DNA of 63,806 bases, counting the filler, from Reclinomonas americana ATCC 50394 (taxonomy: Eukaryota): the NCBI GenBank assembly GCA_048213135.1. It is 18 parts of 18 records of this genome, joined end to end, with 100 filler letters (N's around TTAATTAATTAA, not from the genome) between each part and the next. Parts side by side here need not be neighbours in the genome. Positions count along the whole stretch, not along the records: positions 23,569 to 26,223 come from AFZH01022925.1; positions 26,324 to 28,146 come from AFZH01022926.1; positions 28,247 to 31,425 come from AFZH01022927.1; positions 31,526 to 33,688 come from AFZH01022928.1; positions 33,789 to 39,035 come from AFZH01022929.1; 13 more parts are not named here. One strand, written 5' to 3'. Of the stretch, positions 25,684 through 36,860 are shown piece by piece (positions within the stretch are counted from its first letter, which is position 1; every line of letters begins with the position of its first letter). The position numbers were made by a program, and so were the translations under genes. The notes below the pieces were generated by a model, which saw nothing but the letters and a program-made list of their open reading frames with translations, ran no database searches and was not told the origin of the DNA.

Positions 25684-25751
25684 GTTATCAACGCAAGCTG
25701 TGTGTGAACGAAGTCCTTCTGTCCGTCGACTTTGTCATTCGTTGTTGTCAC
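25684..25751. promoter_or_regulatory. 68-bp divergent intergenic region, putative bidirectional promoter
   Basis: Lies between the aminotransferase ATG (25683, -) and ureidoglycolate lyase ATG (25752, +); TTATC at 25685-25689. Confidence 0.6.
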
Positions 25752-26223
25752 ATGAGCTCTCGCGTCGTGCTTCCTGTGGAGCCTCTCAGTCGCGAGGCAT
25801 TTGCGGCGTTTGGGGATGTGATTGAGCCGGAGAATGCCGAGCGCACGTACCCGATCAATGCCGGCACCACCACGCGGTTCCACAATGTGGCGCCGGCGGT
25901 GGAGGTGCATCCGGAGGTGGGGCGCGGTCGCACTCTGCTGTCGATTTTCCGCGCCCAGCCGCGCCAGTTGCCGATGCGCATTGAGATTATGGAGCGGCAT
26001 CCGTTGGGCAGTCAGGCGTTTGTGCCCATGGTCAGTGAGCACGGCCTGATGCCGTTCTTGGTGGTCGTCGGCCCGCCGGATCCAGAGTCTGCCGAGGTTC
26101 ATCTCGCCCCACTCCTCTGCTCTGCTCTGGAGTGCGTCTAACCCCCATGTACAGTGCGACACGAGCAAGCTGCGTGCATTCATCACGGATGGGCGGCAGG
26201 GCGTGAACTATGCGCCCGGCACG
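25752..26223 (+). CDS. allA: Ureidoglycolate lyase (AllA/DAL3 family), 3' partial
   Basis: EPLSREAFAAFGDVIE..INAGTTTRFH..SIFRAQP..MERHPLGSQAFVP..FLVVVG|..LRAFITDGRQGVNYAPGT; intron 26097-26154 with ctaac branch site. Confidence 0.93.
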
Positions 26224-26323
26224 NNNNNNNNNNNNNNNNNNNNNNNNNNNNNNNNNNNNNNNNNNNNTTAATTAATTAANNNNNNNNNNNNNNNNNNNNN
26301 NNNNNNNNNNNNNNNNNNNNNNN

Positions 26324-27410
26324 AAAGATGTCGGCGATAGCCGCCGCTTGAGCGGACTTCGCACGAGCGCGCGGCCGCGGAACTTGGCCGCTGCCGACGG
26401 CGACGACTGCACCGCCGGTTGGCGGTTCCTACGGATGCGACAGAGGAGGAGATGAGCCCGCGCACGGGAATGCGGAAAAATACATTGACCAACCGTAATC
26501 TATCGTCGTGATCCACGGCATCGGCAAAGTGAATGATGAATGTGGCCATGCGATGGTACTCCTTCTGCAGCTGCACGGCATGCGAGGGTGGTGGAGGTCA
26601 GCAGCGATACGCCAATCACAACCGTCGCGACGATGCACGGAACCTTTGGACTGTACAACCAACTCTGCAGTCGACTCTTGCAAATGTGCAGGCGACTGCG
26701 TCGAGCCGGGTCCCATGCCAGTGGCGACGCAGCAGCCAGTGCGTCTCGCAAGTCGGCGCGCGTCAACACGCTGCAGCAAGCTGTGCGCAACAAAGCGCAG
26801 ATATCAGACGACAGAAACATACCGACCAGCATGTCACAGTGTGTCATCATCAAACGCAGTACCTGGCCAGTCGCGATCGGGAAACGGAACGTTGAGAATG
26901 AGGCACAGTGCATGCACCAGCACATAGTACTCCTCTGTCGGGTACGCTTGCACCACACAGCGGATCACATATCGCGTGTACTTTTCGAGTTCCTGACTGC
27001 TCCTCCCCCCACAGTGCGTGTGAGCAACGCCACTGTGTGCACGTGTACAATGGACACTGCATGCAGCCACGCAACTGCGCAAGGCGCATCAAGTCCTGCA
27101 CATGATGCGACGCACCACCACCTGCAGTGGCCATCATCCGCTTCGTCATCGCCATCAACTCATCGCCATTCTGCGCCTCCTCGCTCTCTCTTCCCGCCAC
27201 CGCGCCTGTGCGAATGACCACCGCCGGTGATGACAGCAGCATGCCAGTGTGCATGGACGACATGGGCGACAGTGGCGGGGGCGACAGAGAGGAGGAGGGC
27301 GAGGGTGAGCGCGCGCCATGCTGCACATCGTCGTCGCCCGCGACACCGCCTCGACTCCCGGCTGACTGACGGCGCGTCTCTAGCCGCCGCACAGTGGCGT
27401 CCGAGAGCAT
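26324..27410 (-). CDS. Uncharacterised multi-exon protein, divergent from DDB1 (3' partial)
   Basis: Exon-like segments ELEKYTRYVIRCVVQAYPTEEYYVLVHALCLILNVPF and QLQKEYHRMATFIIHFADAVDHDDRLRLVNVFFRIP; start uncertain. Confidence 0.45.
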
Positions 27411-27514
27411 TCTCTCCACACGCTCTCCCGCGCTGCCTTTTCTCTGTCTGCATTCCGACTGATGAACCAACCCCAGTTGTCTTTGTGGCCCTTTGTGTGC
27501 GGGCTGGTGGTGTG

Positions 27515-30500
27515 ATGGCGACCTCGTACGTGGTGACTGCGCAGCGGCCGACGTGCGTGTACGACTCGATTACTTGCTCGTTGGTGGGCGGTGCGAGTCT
27601 CAATCTGGTGCTGAACAAGTGCACTTCGATCGAGATCTACTCGGTGTGCAACGGAGGCTTGCAGCCGCTCGAGGATGTGCCGGTGTATGGCCGCATTGCG
27701 TCGCTGCATGCCTTCCGTCCGCCAGTTGCGTGTTTGTGTGACACTCCGCGTGTGCTGCTCGGTGTTTGCGATGCGTGCGTGTGTGAGGACATCTCCCTCT
27801 GCTGCGCCCTGCGGGCACTGCTTCTGTCGCTTCGCGTGTTTGACCGGCGTCTTTTGCGGCTGTGTAGGGACACGAACAGGACCTGTTGTTCTTCTTGACG
27901 GAAAAGTACAGCTATGCGGTGTTGCGGTACAATGCGGCGACTCGGGCAATGGAGACGTGCGCCTATGGTGACGCGCAGGTGCGTTTGTGTCACACCGTGG
28001 TGTCTCTGAGGACGTTAGTGGTGGTGGTGGTGTGTGTGACACGTGCTCTCGTGCCTGAGCAGGATCGCATCGGACGACCGACGGAGAAGGGACCGACAGG
28101 AGTGGTGGATCCGCTGTGTCGCATCATTGGACTGCACATGTACGACNNNNNNNNNNNNNNNNNNNNNNNNNNNNNNNNNNNNNNNNNNNNTTAATTAATT
28201 AANNNNNNNNNNNNNNNNNNNNNNNNNNNNNNNNNNNNNNNNNNNNGTGTGTGGGAGAGGATTGGTGATAGAAGCGTGTGACAGTTTACATTGATGCGTT
28301 TCTTCCAGACGAGCTTGGCCTCCTCCATCTCGTACCTCGACAACTCGTTTGTCTTTGTGGGCTCCTGCTACGGCGACTCGCAGCTCATCCGGCTGAATGC
28401 GGAGAAGAACATTGACGAGTCCTACGTGGAAGTGGTGGACACATTCGTGAATCTGGCCCCGATCCAAGACATGTGTGTGGTGGACGTGGAGCGGCAGGGT
28501 CAGGTTCGCGGAATGCACACATTATATACATGGAGCACGAATGAGTGCAGTGCTGTGCTCACGCGGTCTCCCCCCCATTCTCACACAGGGTCAACTTGTC
28601 ACGTGCTCGGGCTGCTTCAAGGACGGCTCACTGCGCATTGTTCGCGTGGGTGTCGGAATCAATGAGCAGGCCGAGATCGAATTGCCGGGTATCAAGGTGC
28701 GCAGTGCGCTCTGCCACTTGCAGGTCTCCAGCCGGTGCGTAACCATAAGAGTCGTGCAGGGCATGTGGAGTCTGCGACCGAGTTCAGTCGACGACCGTGA
28801 AAAGTACATTGTGTTCTCGTTCATTGGCGAGACTCGCATTCTGGGCATGAGCGGTGCGTGCTTTTTTTGTTTTTGCTCCTAGTGCTCGTATTTGCTTATC
28901 GACTTTCTTCTGTGTGTGCGCAGATGCACAAGTCATGGAGGAGATGGATATCGACGGCTTCGACCTGAGTCGACAGAGCCTGTACTGTGCCAACACCACC
29001 AACGACTGTGCACTGCAAGTGACAGAGGTGGCAGTTCGACTGATCAGCCTGCAAGAGCCAGCGCTTCTCTCCGAGTGGTCACCACCGAGCGAGTGGACCA
29101 TCAACCTTGCGGCCTCCAACAATGGCCAGTTGGTGTTGGCAGTCGGTGGTCACACCCTGGTCTACTTGCGCGTCGAGGGTCGTGAGATTGTGGAGATCAG
29201 GTCAGTGCGTGTCCTCAACTGAACTGTCGGCGGCGGGTGATCTTACTCGTGATGTGCAGTCGCCGAACCATGGAGCGTGAAATCTCGTGTGTGGATCTGA
29301 GCTCGCTGAGCAGCGAATCCGACGACAGTCCTGTGTGCGCCGTTGGCCTGTGGGACGACATCAGTGTGCACATTGTGCGACTGCCTGGCTTTGAGCCGGT
29401 GACACAGGAGAATCTTGGCGGAGGTCTGTTGTCTCGTCGGGTAGAAGGAGAGTGATGTCGTGGTGCCACTCACATGGTCGCCGCTTGTACTTTCCAGAGT
29501 ACATTGCACGCTCGGTACTGCTGGCGTCCTTTGAGGGCATCTCGTACCTGCTGTGCGGCTTGGGTGATGGTCACTTTTGCCATTTCCGCGTCGATCTCGA
29601 CACGTACGCACTCACTGATCGGAAGCGCATCTCGCTCGGCACCAAGCCAACCATGCTGCACCGTTTCACTCACCGGGTACGTCACGCGGATTGTTGTTGT
29701 TGCGAGTACGGGAGCTTGAGGGTGGCCCTGAACATCGCGTGTCAACGCTCACAGGGTCAATCGCACGTGTTCGCCGTGTCGGATCGACCGACTGTTGTGT
29801 ACTCCAACAGCAGCAAGCTACTGTACTCAAACGTCAATCTGCGCGAGGTCGGCAGCATGTGTTCGTTCAATTCAGACTCGTCACCCGACTGCCTGGCTAT
29901 CGCCACCGATGCCAAGTTGGTCATCGGCACCATTGATGACATTCAGAAGTTGCATGTGCGCTCCGTTTACTTGGGCGAGCAGCCGCGGCGAATTGCACAT
30001 CAAGTTCCGTGTGGCGCGAGACGAGACTGAGAGAAGGAAAGTGTTGCTGACGTATGCCGTGTAGGAAGCGAGTCAGACGTTCCTTGTCGCCACGTCGCAG
30101 TTCCGTTTGGACGAGACGGAGACGGAGCACGAGTACAGCTTCCTGAAGCTGTTTGACGAGAAGACGTTTGACGTGCTCAATGAGCACGCACTAGAGGAAA
30201 TGGAGACTGTGTTTGCTGTCCAGTCGGTGCATCTGGGCGACGACCCCACACCGTACTATGTCGTCGGTACGGCGGTAGTGAGCGACGAGGTGAGTAATGA
30301 CTGCGTTTTTATCGGCGAGCGTTGTTTGTGTGTTTTTTACTGAATACTGGTACAGGAGCCGGAGCCGACCCGCGGCCGCATCTGTGTGTTCGAAGTAAGA
30401 GACCGCTCGCTCGTTCTCGTCACCGCTCGCACAACACGCGGAGCCGTGTACGCATTGCGTTCATTCTCCGGCGGCCGTCTGCTGTCGACAATCAACAGCC

Positions 30501-31340
30501 GAGTTGCGGATGCGCCTTCCGAGTTTGTGCATTCATTTCCGTGTTCCTTACACCCGTCGTGCCATGCGGCTAGTTGCAAATGTGGCGCTGGGAGGATCAG
30601 GAGGGTGGCTCGCACGAGCTCTCCTCCGAGGCGCAGGCCAGTGGCCAAGTTCTCAGCCTCTCGGCAAAGACTCGTGGCGACTTTATTCTGTGCATGGATC
30701 TGATGAAGTCGGTCAGCGTCTACTTGTACGAGGCCACCGATGCTCAGTTGAAGGAGGTGAGATCCCAACCGCCCGTCTCGCGCAACCCATGTGACATTGA
30801 TTTGTGCCCGCACATAAAATATAGGTGGCACGCGATCACAGCTCCACATGGCCAACCGCCTGCGAGTTCATCGATGACGACGCCTTCCTCGCCGCCGACA
30901 CTGGCAACAATTTGTACTCGCTGCGAAAGGTGACGCTGAGCTGTCGCATGGTGTTGTACAGTACACGTCGATTGACACGTTGCTGTGGTGTAGAACCCGG
31001 AGGCCACCTCCGAGGAGGAACGCAAGAAGCTGGACATTATCGGCAAGTATCACCTTGGTGATCAAGTGAATGTGCTCACACCAGGTCAGTTGCTGTCGCC
31101 CGTCATTGCTCGTGTGTTGTTTGTGGTGACTGACCCGCGGCGGCATGCAGGCTCGTTGGTGATGAAGTTGCCGGAGTCTGAGGGCCTCTCGGTGTGCCCC
31201 ACGATCCTGTACGCGACTGTCAGCGGTGCCATTGGACTCGTCGCACTGCTGCCGGAGGAGGACTTCCGGCTGCTGCACGCCGTGCAGCGCAAGCTCAACG
31301 AGGGCATTATTGGCGGTGTCGGTGGCCTCAGTCACGACCA
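27515..31340 (+). CDS. DDB1: DNA damage-binding protein 1 (CUL4 adaptor), many introns, interrupted by gap, 3' partial
   Basis: [120 protein letters not shown]. Confidence 0.97.
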
Positions 31341-31525
31341 GTTGTGTCTCTCTTTTGCTCATGATTCAGTGATGAGAGTGCGCCTCCTCATTGCTCTTTC
31401 TCTCTCTCTCTCTCCTACTTTCCCCNNNNNNNNNNNNNNNNNNNNNNNNNNNNNNNNNNNNNNNNNNNNTTAATTAATTAANNNNNNNNNNNNNNNNNNN
31501 NNNNNNNNNNNNNNNNNNNNNNNNN

Positions 31526-33688
31526 ACCCATGTCTGCCTCTCGCGTGACGGGTGCCACTCGCGCAACGGCGGCTGCCCCGCACTTGCCGTCGCCGCCGCC
31601 AGCAGCAGCACCGTCGTTGTCGTCGAGTGGGCGGCGTCCTGTGAGTGCACCGGCCACTCGGCAGCCGTCGCCAGGCCGCGATCTGTTGCGCACGCGGTGG
31701 TCTGTGTACTCGAGAGCGTATGGTGTGATGTTGACTTTCTCTCCCCTGGTCGTCTAGGCATCATGGCGCGCCGACTCCACCGCCAGCGTCGGGCAGAAGC
31801 GGACTGCGCACTGTGCGGCAAGTGTACAGTTGTGTGTCGCCTTCTCTCTCTTTCTGTGTGTGTATTTGTGGCTTCTGTACCTGTAATAATGACACCCTAC
31901 CTGCTGCCGCAGAGCAAGAGAGTGACAGCGGACGCAAGACGAAGAAGAAGAAGAAGAAGGGCGGGCGGAGCAAGAAGGAGTCGGCTGGGAGCGATGGTGG
32001 TCAGCGTGGCAGTAAACGCCGGCACCACCGTTCGGATGAGGAGCTGACGCCGCGCGCGAGACCGGTGTCGGCGTCGCGCAGCAGAACGAATTTCCCGGGT
32101 GAGCGGCCCGGCAGTGCGAGTCATGGCTCGTCGCGTTACATTCCCGGTTTGGAGCATGCTGACAGTGCGGGAGCGTTCTTGCCGGCCGCCAATGGATCCT
32201 CTCATGGCCCGTACGTCGGTCCGGGCAAGTATGGCGGTGCCGATGGCGTAGGGGTGGCTCACGACGATGACGATGACGATGGTCCGTCGCCGTGGGAGCA
32301 ATTGCAGGAACTGCAGGGCAGAATACGCGAGTGCTCCGATGTCTCGCAACTGATTGATTTGAGAGTTGCGTGGGAGATAGAGATAGAGAGAGAGAGGCAG
32401 GGAGAGAGGTGTGCAGCTGATCTGAACTCGGGGTGTGTGTGCGCGCACAGGTTCAGAGTGTTGCGCTGACGAGACTGTGCTACGGCCCGGTACACGTCAA
32501 CGTACTGCGTGCGTACATTGCTCTCGCCCAGGCGTATCTGGCTGCAGGGCAGGGAAAGATGGCCCTCGTTCACGTGCACACGGCACGCAACTTGCGACGA
32601 GAGATTCCCGAAATCTACTCGAGGTACCTCATGCCGGCACTGATTTGCACACATGCTCTCAGCCTCAGCATTTGCGGAGAGTTGCGTGTGGGCGGGCATC
32701 TGCGCCATCGATTCTCAAGCACCGGCAACTCACCTTTGGTGTGTGGCAACAGCAAAGACAAGGCCTTGCGACTGCTCGAAAAGGCCACCGAGTATCAGAT
32801 TGCACTGCGCGGTGAGAATCACCCTGGCGAGTTTGCCATTCGCATGGCGCAGGGTCGCCTGTGTGCCGAAATGCAGCACCCCAAGCACGCCCTGGCCTTC
32901 TTCGCCAAGGCTCGAGAAATCAAGCAACAAGAGGACCCGAATCACCTCGATTTGGCCGATGTGTACTCGCAGATCGCCAAGGTGTGTTTCGCTAGGCTGC
33001 TCGCCTCGCGGTCATGTTGTGTGCTAATGTCGCGGTGAGGCAGATTTACATGGCGGAGAAAATGGTGGACGAGGTGTTGTTTATGCTGCAAGAGGCCAAG
33101 CGGATTTACATTTACAACGACGCCACACACACGTTGCGTCAACTGCTGCCCACCGCATGTCGTTTGTGATGGTGATGCTTACCGCTGTGTGCTGTGGTGG
33201 TGCAGGTCTGATTTTGGCAACATTTGCTTCCGTCTCATGGAGGTGCACACGTTGCTGGACCAGTACGAAGAGGCGCAGGAGGAGGGCATGCTGGCGCACC
33301 GCATCATCCAGGACATTTACGGGCAGAACAGCCGGCGCGCCGTGCAAGTGCGTTGCTCGTCCCGTTGGATCTCTTTGTTGACCGTGACGATCTGACTGAC
33401 GAGAGTGCGTACAGATTGCCAAGCAACTCGCCTTTGTGTACGTCAAGTCTGGTATGTTCCGCGAGGCCGTCGAACTCATCCAGGCTGTGATCGAGGACGA
33501 AAAGATGTGCGTCAACTCTGCTGCCCGCCACCTCTGTCGCTTTTCGGTTCCGTTGGCTGACTGCGTATGTGTGTATGTGTAGTTTGTACGGGCCGGCATC
33601 GAGTGTGGTCGCAGCGTCACTCAAGTTGCTCGGCGCGGCATTGGTAGCCTTGGAAGATGCGCCGGCTGCGCTGATGGCCTACCGCGGT
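31526..33688 (+). CDS. TPR protein, TTC23-like (partial)
   Basis: SVALTRLCYGPVHVNVLRAYIALAQAYL; KALRLLEKA..LRGENHP; HLDLADVYSQIA; repeated TPR-like helices. Confidence 0.65.
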
Positions 33689-33788
33689 NNNNNNNNNNNN
33701 NNNNNNNNNNNNNNNNNNNNNNNNNNNNNNNNTTAATTAATTAANNNNNNNNNNNNNNNNNNNNNNNNNNNNNNNNNNNNNNNNNNNN

Positions 33789-34518
33789 GGGGGAGGAGGA
33801 GGAGGAGGGTAGCTGTGTCGCGCAGCAGAGTGTGACGGGAAGGAAAAGTGAGCGCACAGCCACTCGGAGTGTGCTGCAAAGGGCTCGAGCGTAACTGCAT
33901 GGCAGGATGAAAGGGCAGCGCAGCTGGCGGCGGCAGCGACGGTGGAAACGAGGACTGCCCTGCTTCGTCGTACGCCGGAGCCTCCTCCGCAGCATCCATC
34001 CGCATGCGCCCCGTGCTGTACGTGCTTCCGCGGCCACGCTGCTGACGGTTGTGTTGTCGGTGGTGATCTCTGACCACTTGACCCCGGAAATGCGGTGGCG
34101 CAAAGTCGTGCGCCGGCCTCTCTTCATGCGCCGATGGCGGCAGTCGCTGATCGTGCTCAGACTCGTAGTGACGACTGTGCCGCGGGCGAACAAAGGCTGC
34201 ACGCGATGCACCGCCACTGTCGCCGTCGTCATCATGCTGCGCCGTGGTTGCATACAGCGACGCAGAGCGGTACACGGGCGGCCGTGAGGGTGGAGGGGGT
34301 GAGGTGGAGTGTGCAGGATTCGGTCGATACGGCTCGTGGCTTCCACGGTGTTGATGATGATGATGATGATAATGTTGTTGCTGGGGGTGGTGGTGGTGGT
34401 GGTGGTGGTGGTGGTGAGGCAAAGGTGGAGCTGGTGGGGGTGAGGAGGAGGATGGCTGGTTGTGACGGGTGGCGTGGCGCTCGCCCCGCACGTATGCAGA
34501 CCGTGGCTCCTGTGACAT
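33789..34518 (-). CDS. Low-complexity His/Pro-rich N-terminus of an unknown protein (3' partial)
   Basis: ORF from MSQEPRSAY with poly-H and poly-P, running to a probable intron and the gap. Confidence 0.45.
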
Positions 34519-34730
34519 GCTCGTGTGTGAGTGAGTGCATCCGTCGACCAATTGGATCCACACCGAGACGTTTCACATATTACAGGTTGGCGGCAGCGCG
34601 CATGATAGCATATCGACGGTGGGAGGAGCGAGGAAAACACATGACCACGTAGGAAAGAGAATGGAGGGAGGGTGGAAGACAACACAACACCAATAAAAAA
34701 ATGAGAAGCAAATATCATGCATGAACCTCG

Positions 34731-36270
34731 TCAGATCTCTTCGTCCTCGATCTCCGACTCGGCGTCCATCTGTTCGTACTCGCGGCCATCGCCGGCCTCA
34801 GCGGCACCAACCGGTGCCTGCAGGTGGAAATCGAAAGACGGAGCAGCAGCTTGCATGTCGGCAGGTTCGCTGAAGAAAACGGGGACATGGCCACGGCCGA
34901 CTGTCGCAGACGGGAATTCGAAACCCATCAGATGCTGCGGGGAACGCACAAACACGCACTCAGTTAGCACTGTGTGGCGTGCATGTGGACACACACAGAG
35001 GATGTGTCTCACCACTGCAGTGCCCTGCGGCACCGTGTACGGCAGCGACAGAACGTGAGGTTGTGCGCCTTGGTCCGAAAGTGGTGAGGCAGGTGCGGTT
35101 GTTGCGGAAGTTGTTGGACACCTGGGCTGGCGAGCTCGGCCTTGCCAGTTTCGAATCTACAGCGCACAAAGCATCATTGTGAGGCACGGTGGAAACCACA
35201 GAACAGATGCCTCTCAACGATACCTTGCGACGCTTGTTGTCGCACTCGTCGTCATCGTCGTCATCATCAACATGGGCGTGGCCGCGTCCATAATTCCCGT
35301 CGCCCTCTCCGTCCTCGGCACTCGCACCTCGGCCACGCTTGTTGTCGCGTGGCTCAGAGTCGAGGAGGAGAGCGGGATTCATGGTCTCCAACGCTGCGGC
35401 GGAATGGCGGACGACTTGGCGAACGCGCTGCTGCGCTTCGCGAACGGTTTCAACGTGTCCAGCCGGCGCCGAGGCCGACGGCGAGTGTCGCCCAAGCATA
35501 AAGTTCAGCTGAGGAGGTGGTGTACGCGTAGATGCTGGCGCAGGCCACAGCGCTGGCCCGCGGACATGTGCACGGTAATGGGGCGCCGACACCAATACAG
35601 CCGGCGCCGGTGGCGGTGGCGGTGGCGGCGGGAGCACAGCTGGCGGCGCAGTGGCATGTCGACGACTCACGCGGCCAGGCGTGGTGATGAACAACGCTTC
35701 AGGCACGCCCAAGAACCCTAGCGGAGAAATGAGATCCTCCAGATTTAGAAGGTGCAGTTGGCGAGAAAAAAATACAACAACAACATGCGTAACTCGTGGT
35801 CGCTGCGGGCACGCGGTCACCGGCAATGTTTGCGGCGGCGTCTTCGTCCATCATCCTGACGCTGGATAGCTGCTGCCCATCCTCAGCGGAGAACAGCGTG
35901 ATCTGAGCCAGACGGTAGGAGATTGCAGTCCGCGGGGACGGCTCGGCTGCAAGATTCCGCGTGCACTTGTGAGACTCGAAGCAAACAAATAGGGAGGAGA
36001 GCGAGGGCACAGGCGGTACATGTACGCAACGTTCGACTCGCTCCTGCACCGCGGCTGGTTGGTCTTGATCGCTGGCCACCGGAAGTGGGGTGACGATCGT
36101 GTTGCGTGGTGGTGAGACGGTGCCGGCGGCGTTACCAGCAGCCGCCTCCTGGTTCGTCAGAGCCAAATGAGTCAGGGGATCCTGTGGAGACACGGGAGAG
36201 AGAGAGCGAGAGAGTGAGACACGCGCAGAGGCACAAAACAGACAGTCGAGCAGTGCTTCGTGCATTTGCT
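34731..36270 (-). CDS. Uncharacterised multi-exon, largely disordered protein
   Basis: Exon-like ORFs flanked by GT/AG (HLLNLEDLISPLGFLG.., DNKRRK, last exon ..EYEQMDAESEIEDEEI*); start uncertain. Confidence 0.4.
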
Positions 36271-36860
36271 CTCTACGCAGTGATGTGCATGTGTTGTCTC
36301 TCTCTCTCTCTCTCATGTGTGTGTGCGGGATTATTCCGCGTGAGAAGATGGTGGTGTTGCGTGCTCTCACCATCAACGAATAAAAGAAAAGCAACCAGAT
36401 ATACTTGATTTGGACATCGTGGCGCTCCGAGCGCAAGGCAAGTGGCGTTGGGAGTGTTGCACCGGACGACGAAAACGGATAATGGCCGCAAGATTCTTTT
36501 TTATTTGCAGCTCTCCCCTGTCGCATCCACACAAGCCACTCATCGATGCAGCACGCACTCGGTCTCTCCCTGTGCAACATCCGCGGTCGCACGCGCGCAC
36601 TTGCACGTGCACGCGCTGCAGATGACGTGCATGCGCAGGCAATAATTTTTCCGCATGCATGCACATCGCTGCGCTGCAAGCGTGTGCGGAGCACTAGCTC
36701 TTGTGCGCTCTGCAGTGCCTCCGTTGATTGCGCATTGCGCGGTCGCGTCAAGCGCTCGCCGTTCGATATTGATGGTGGAAACGCACAAAACAGGCGGGCT
36801 GTGGGGCATTGCCCCTTCTTTCCCGCCATTTTGTGCGCTGCACTTCATTCTCTCACATCC

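Noticed and set aside
21697..26223. Bacterial contaminant operon
   Set aside because: Genes alternate strands and three contain spliceosomal introns like their neighbours
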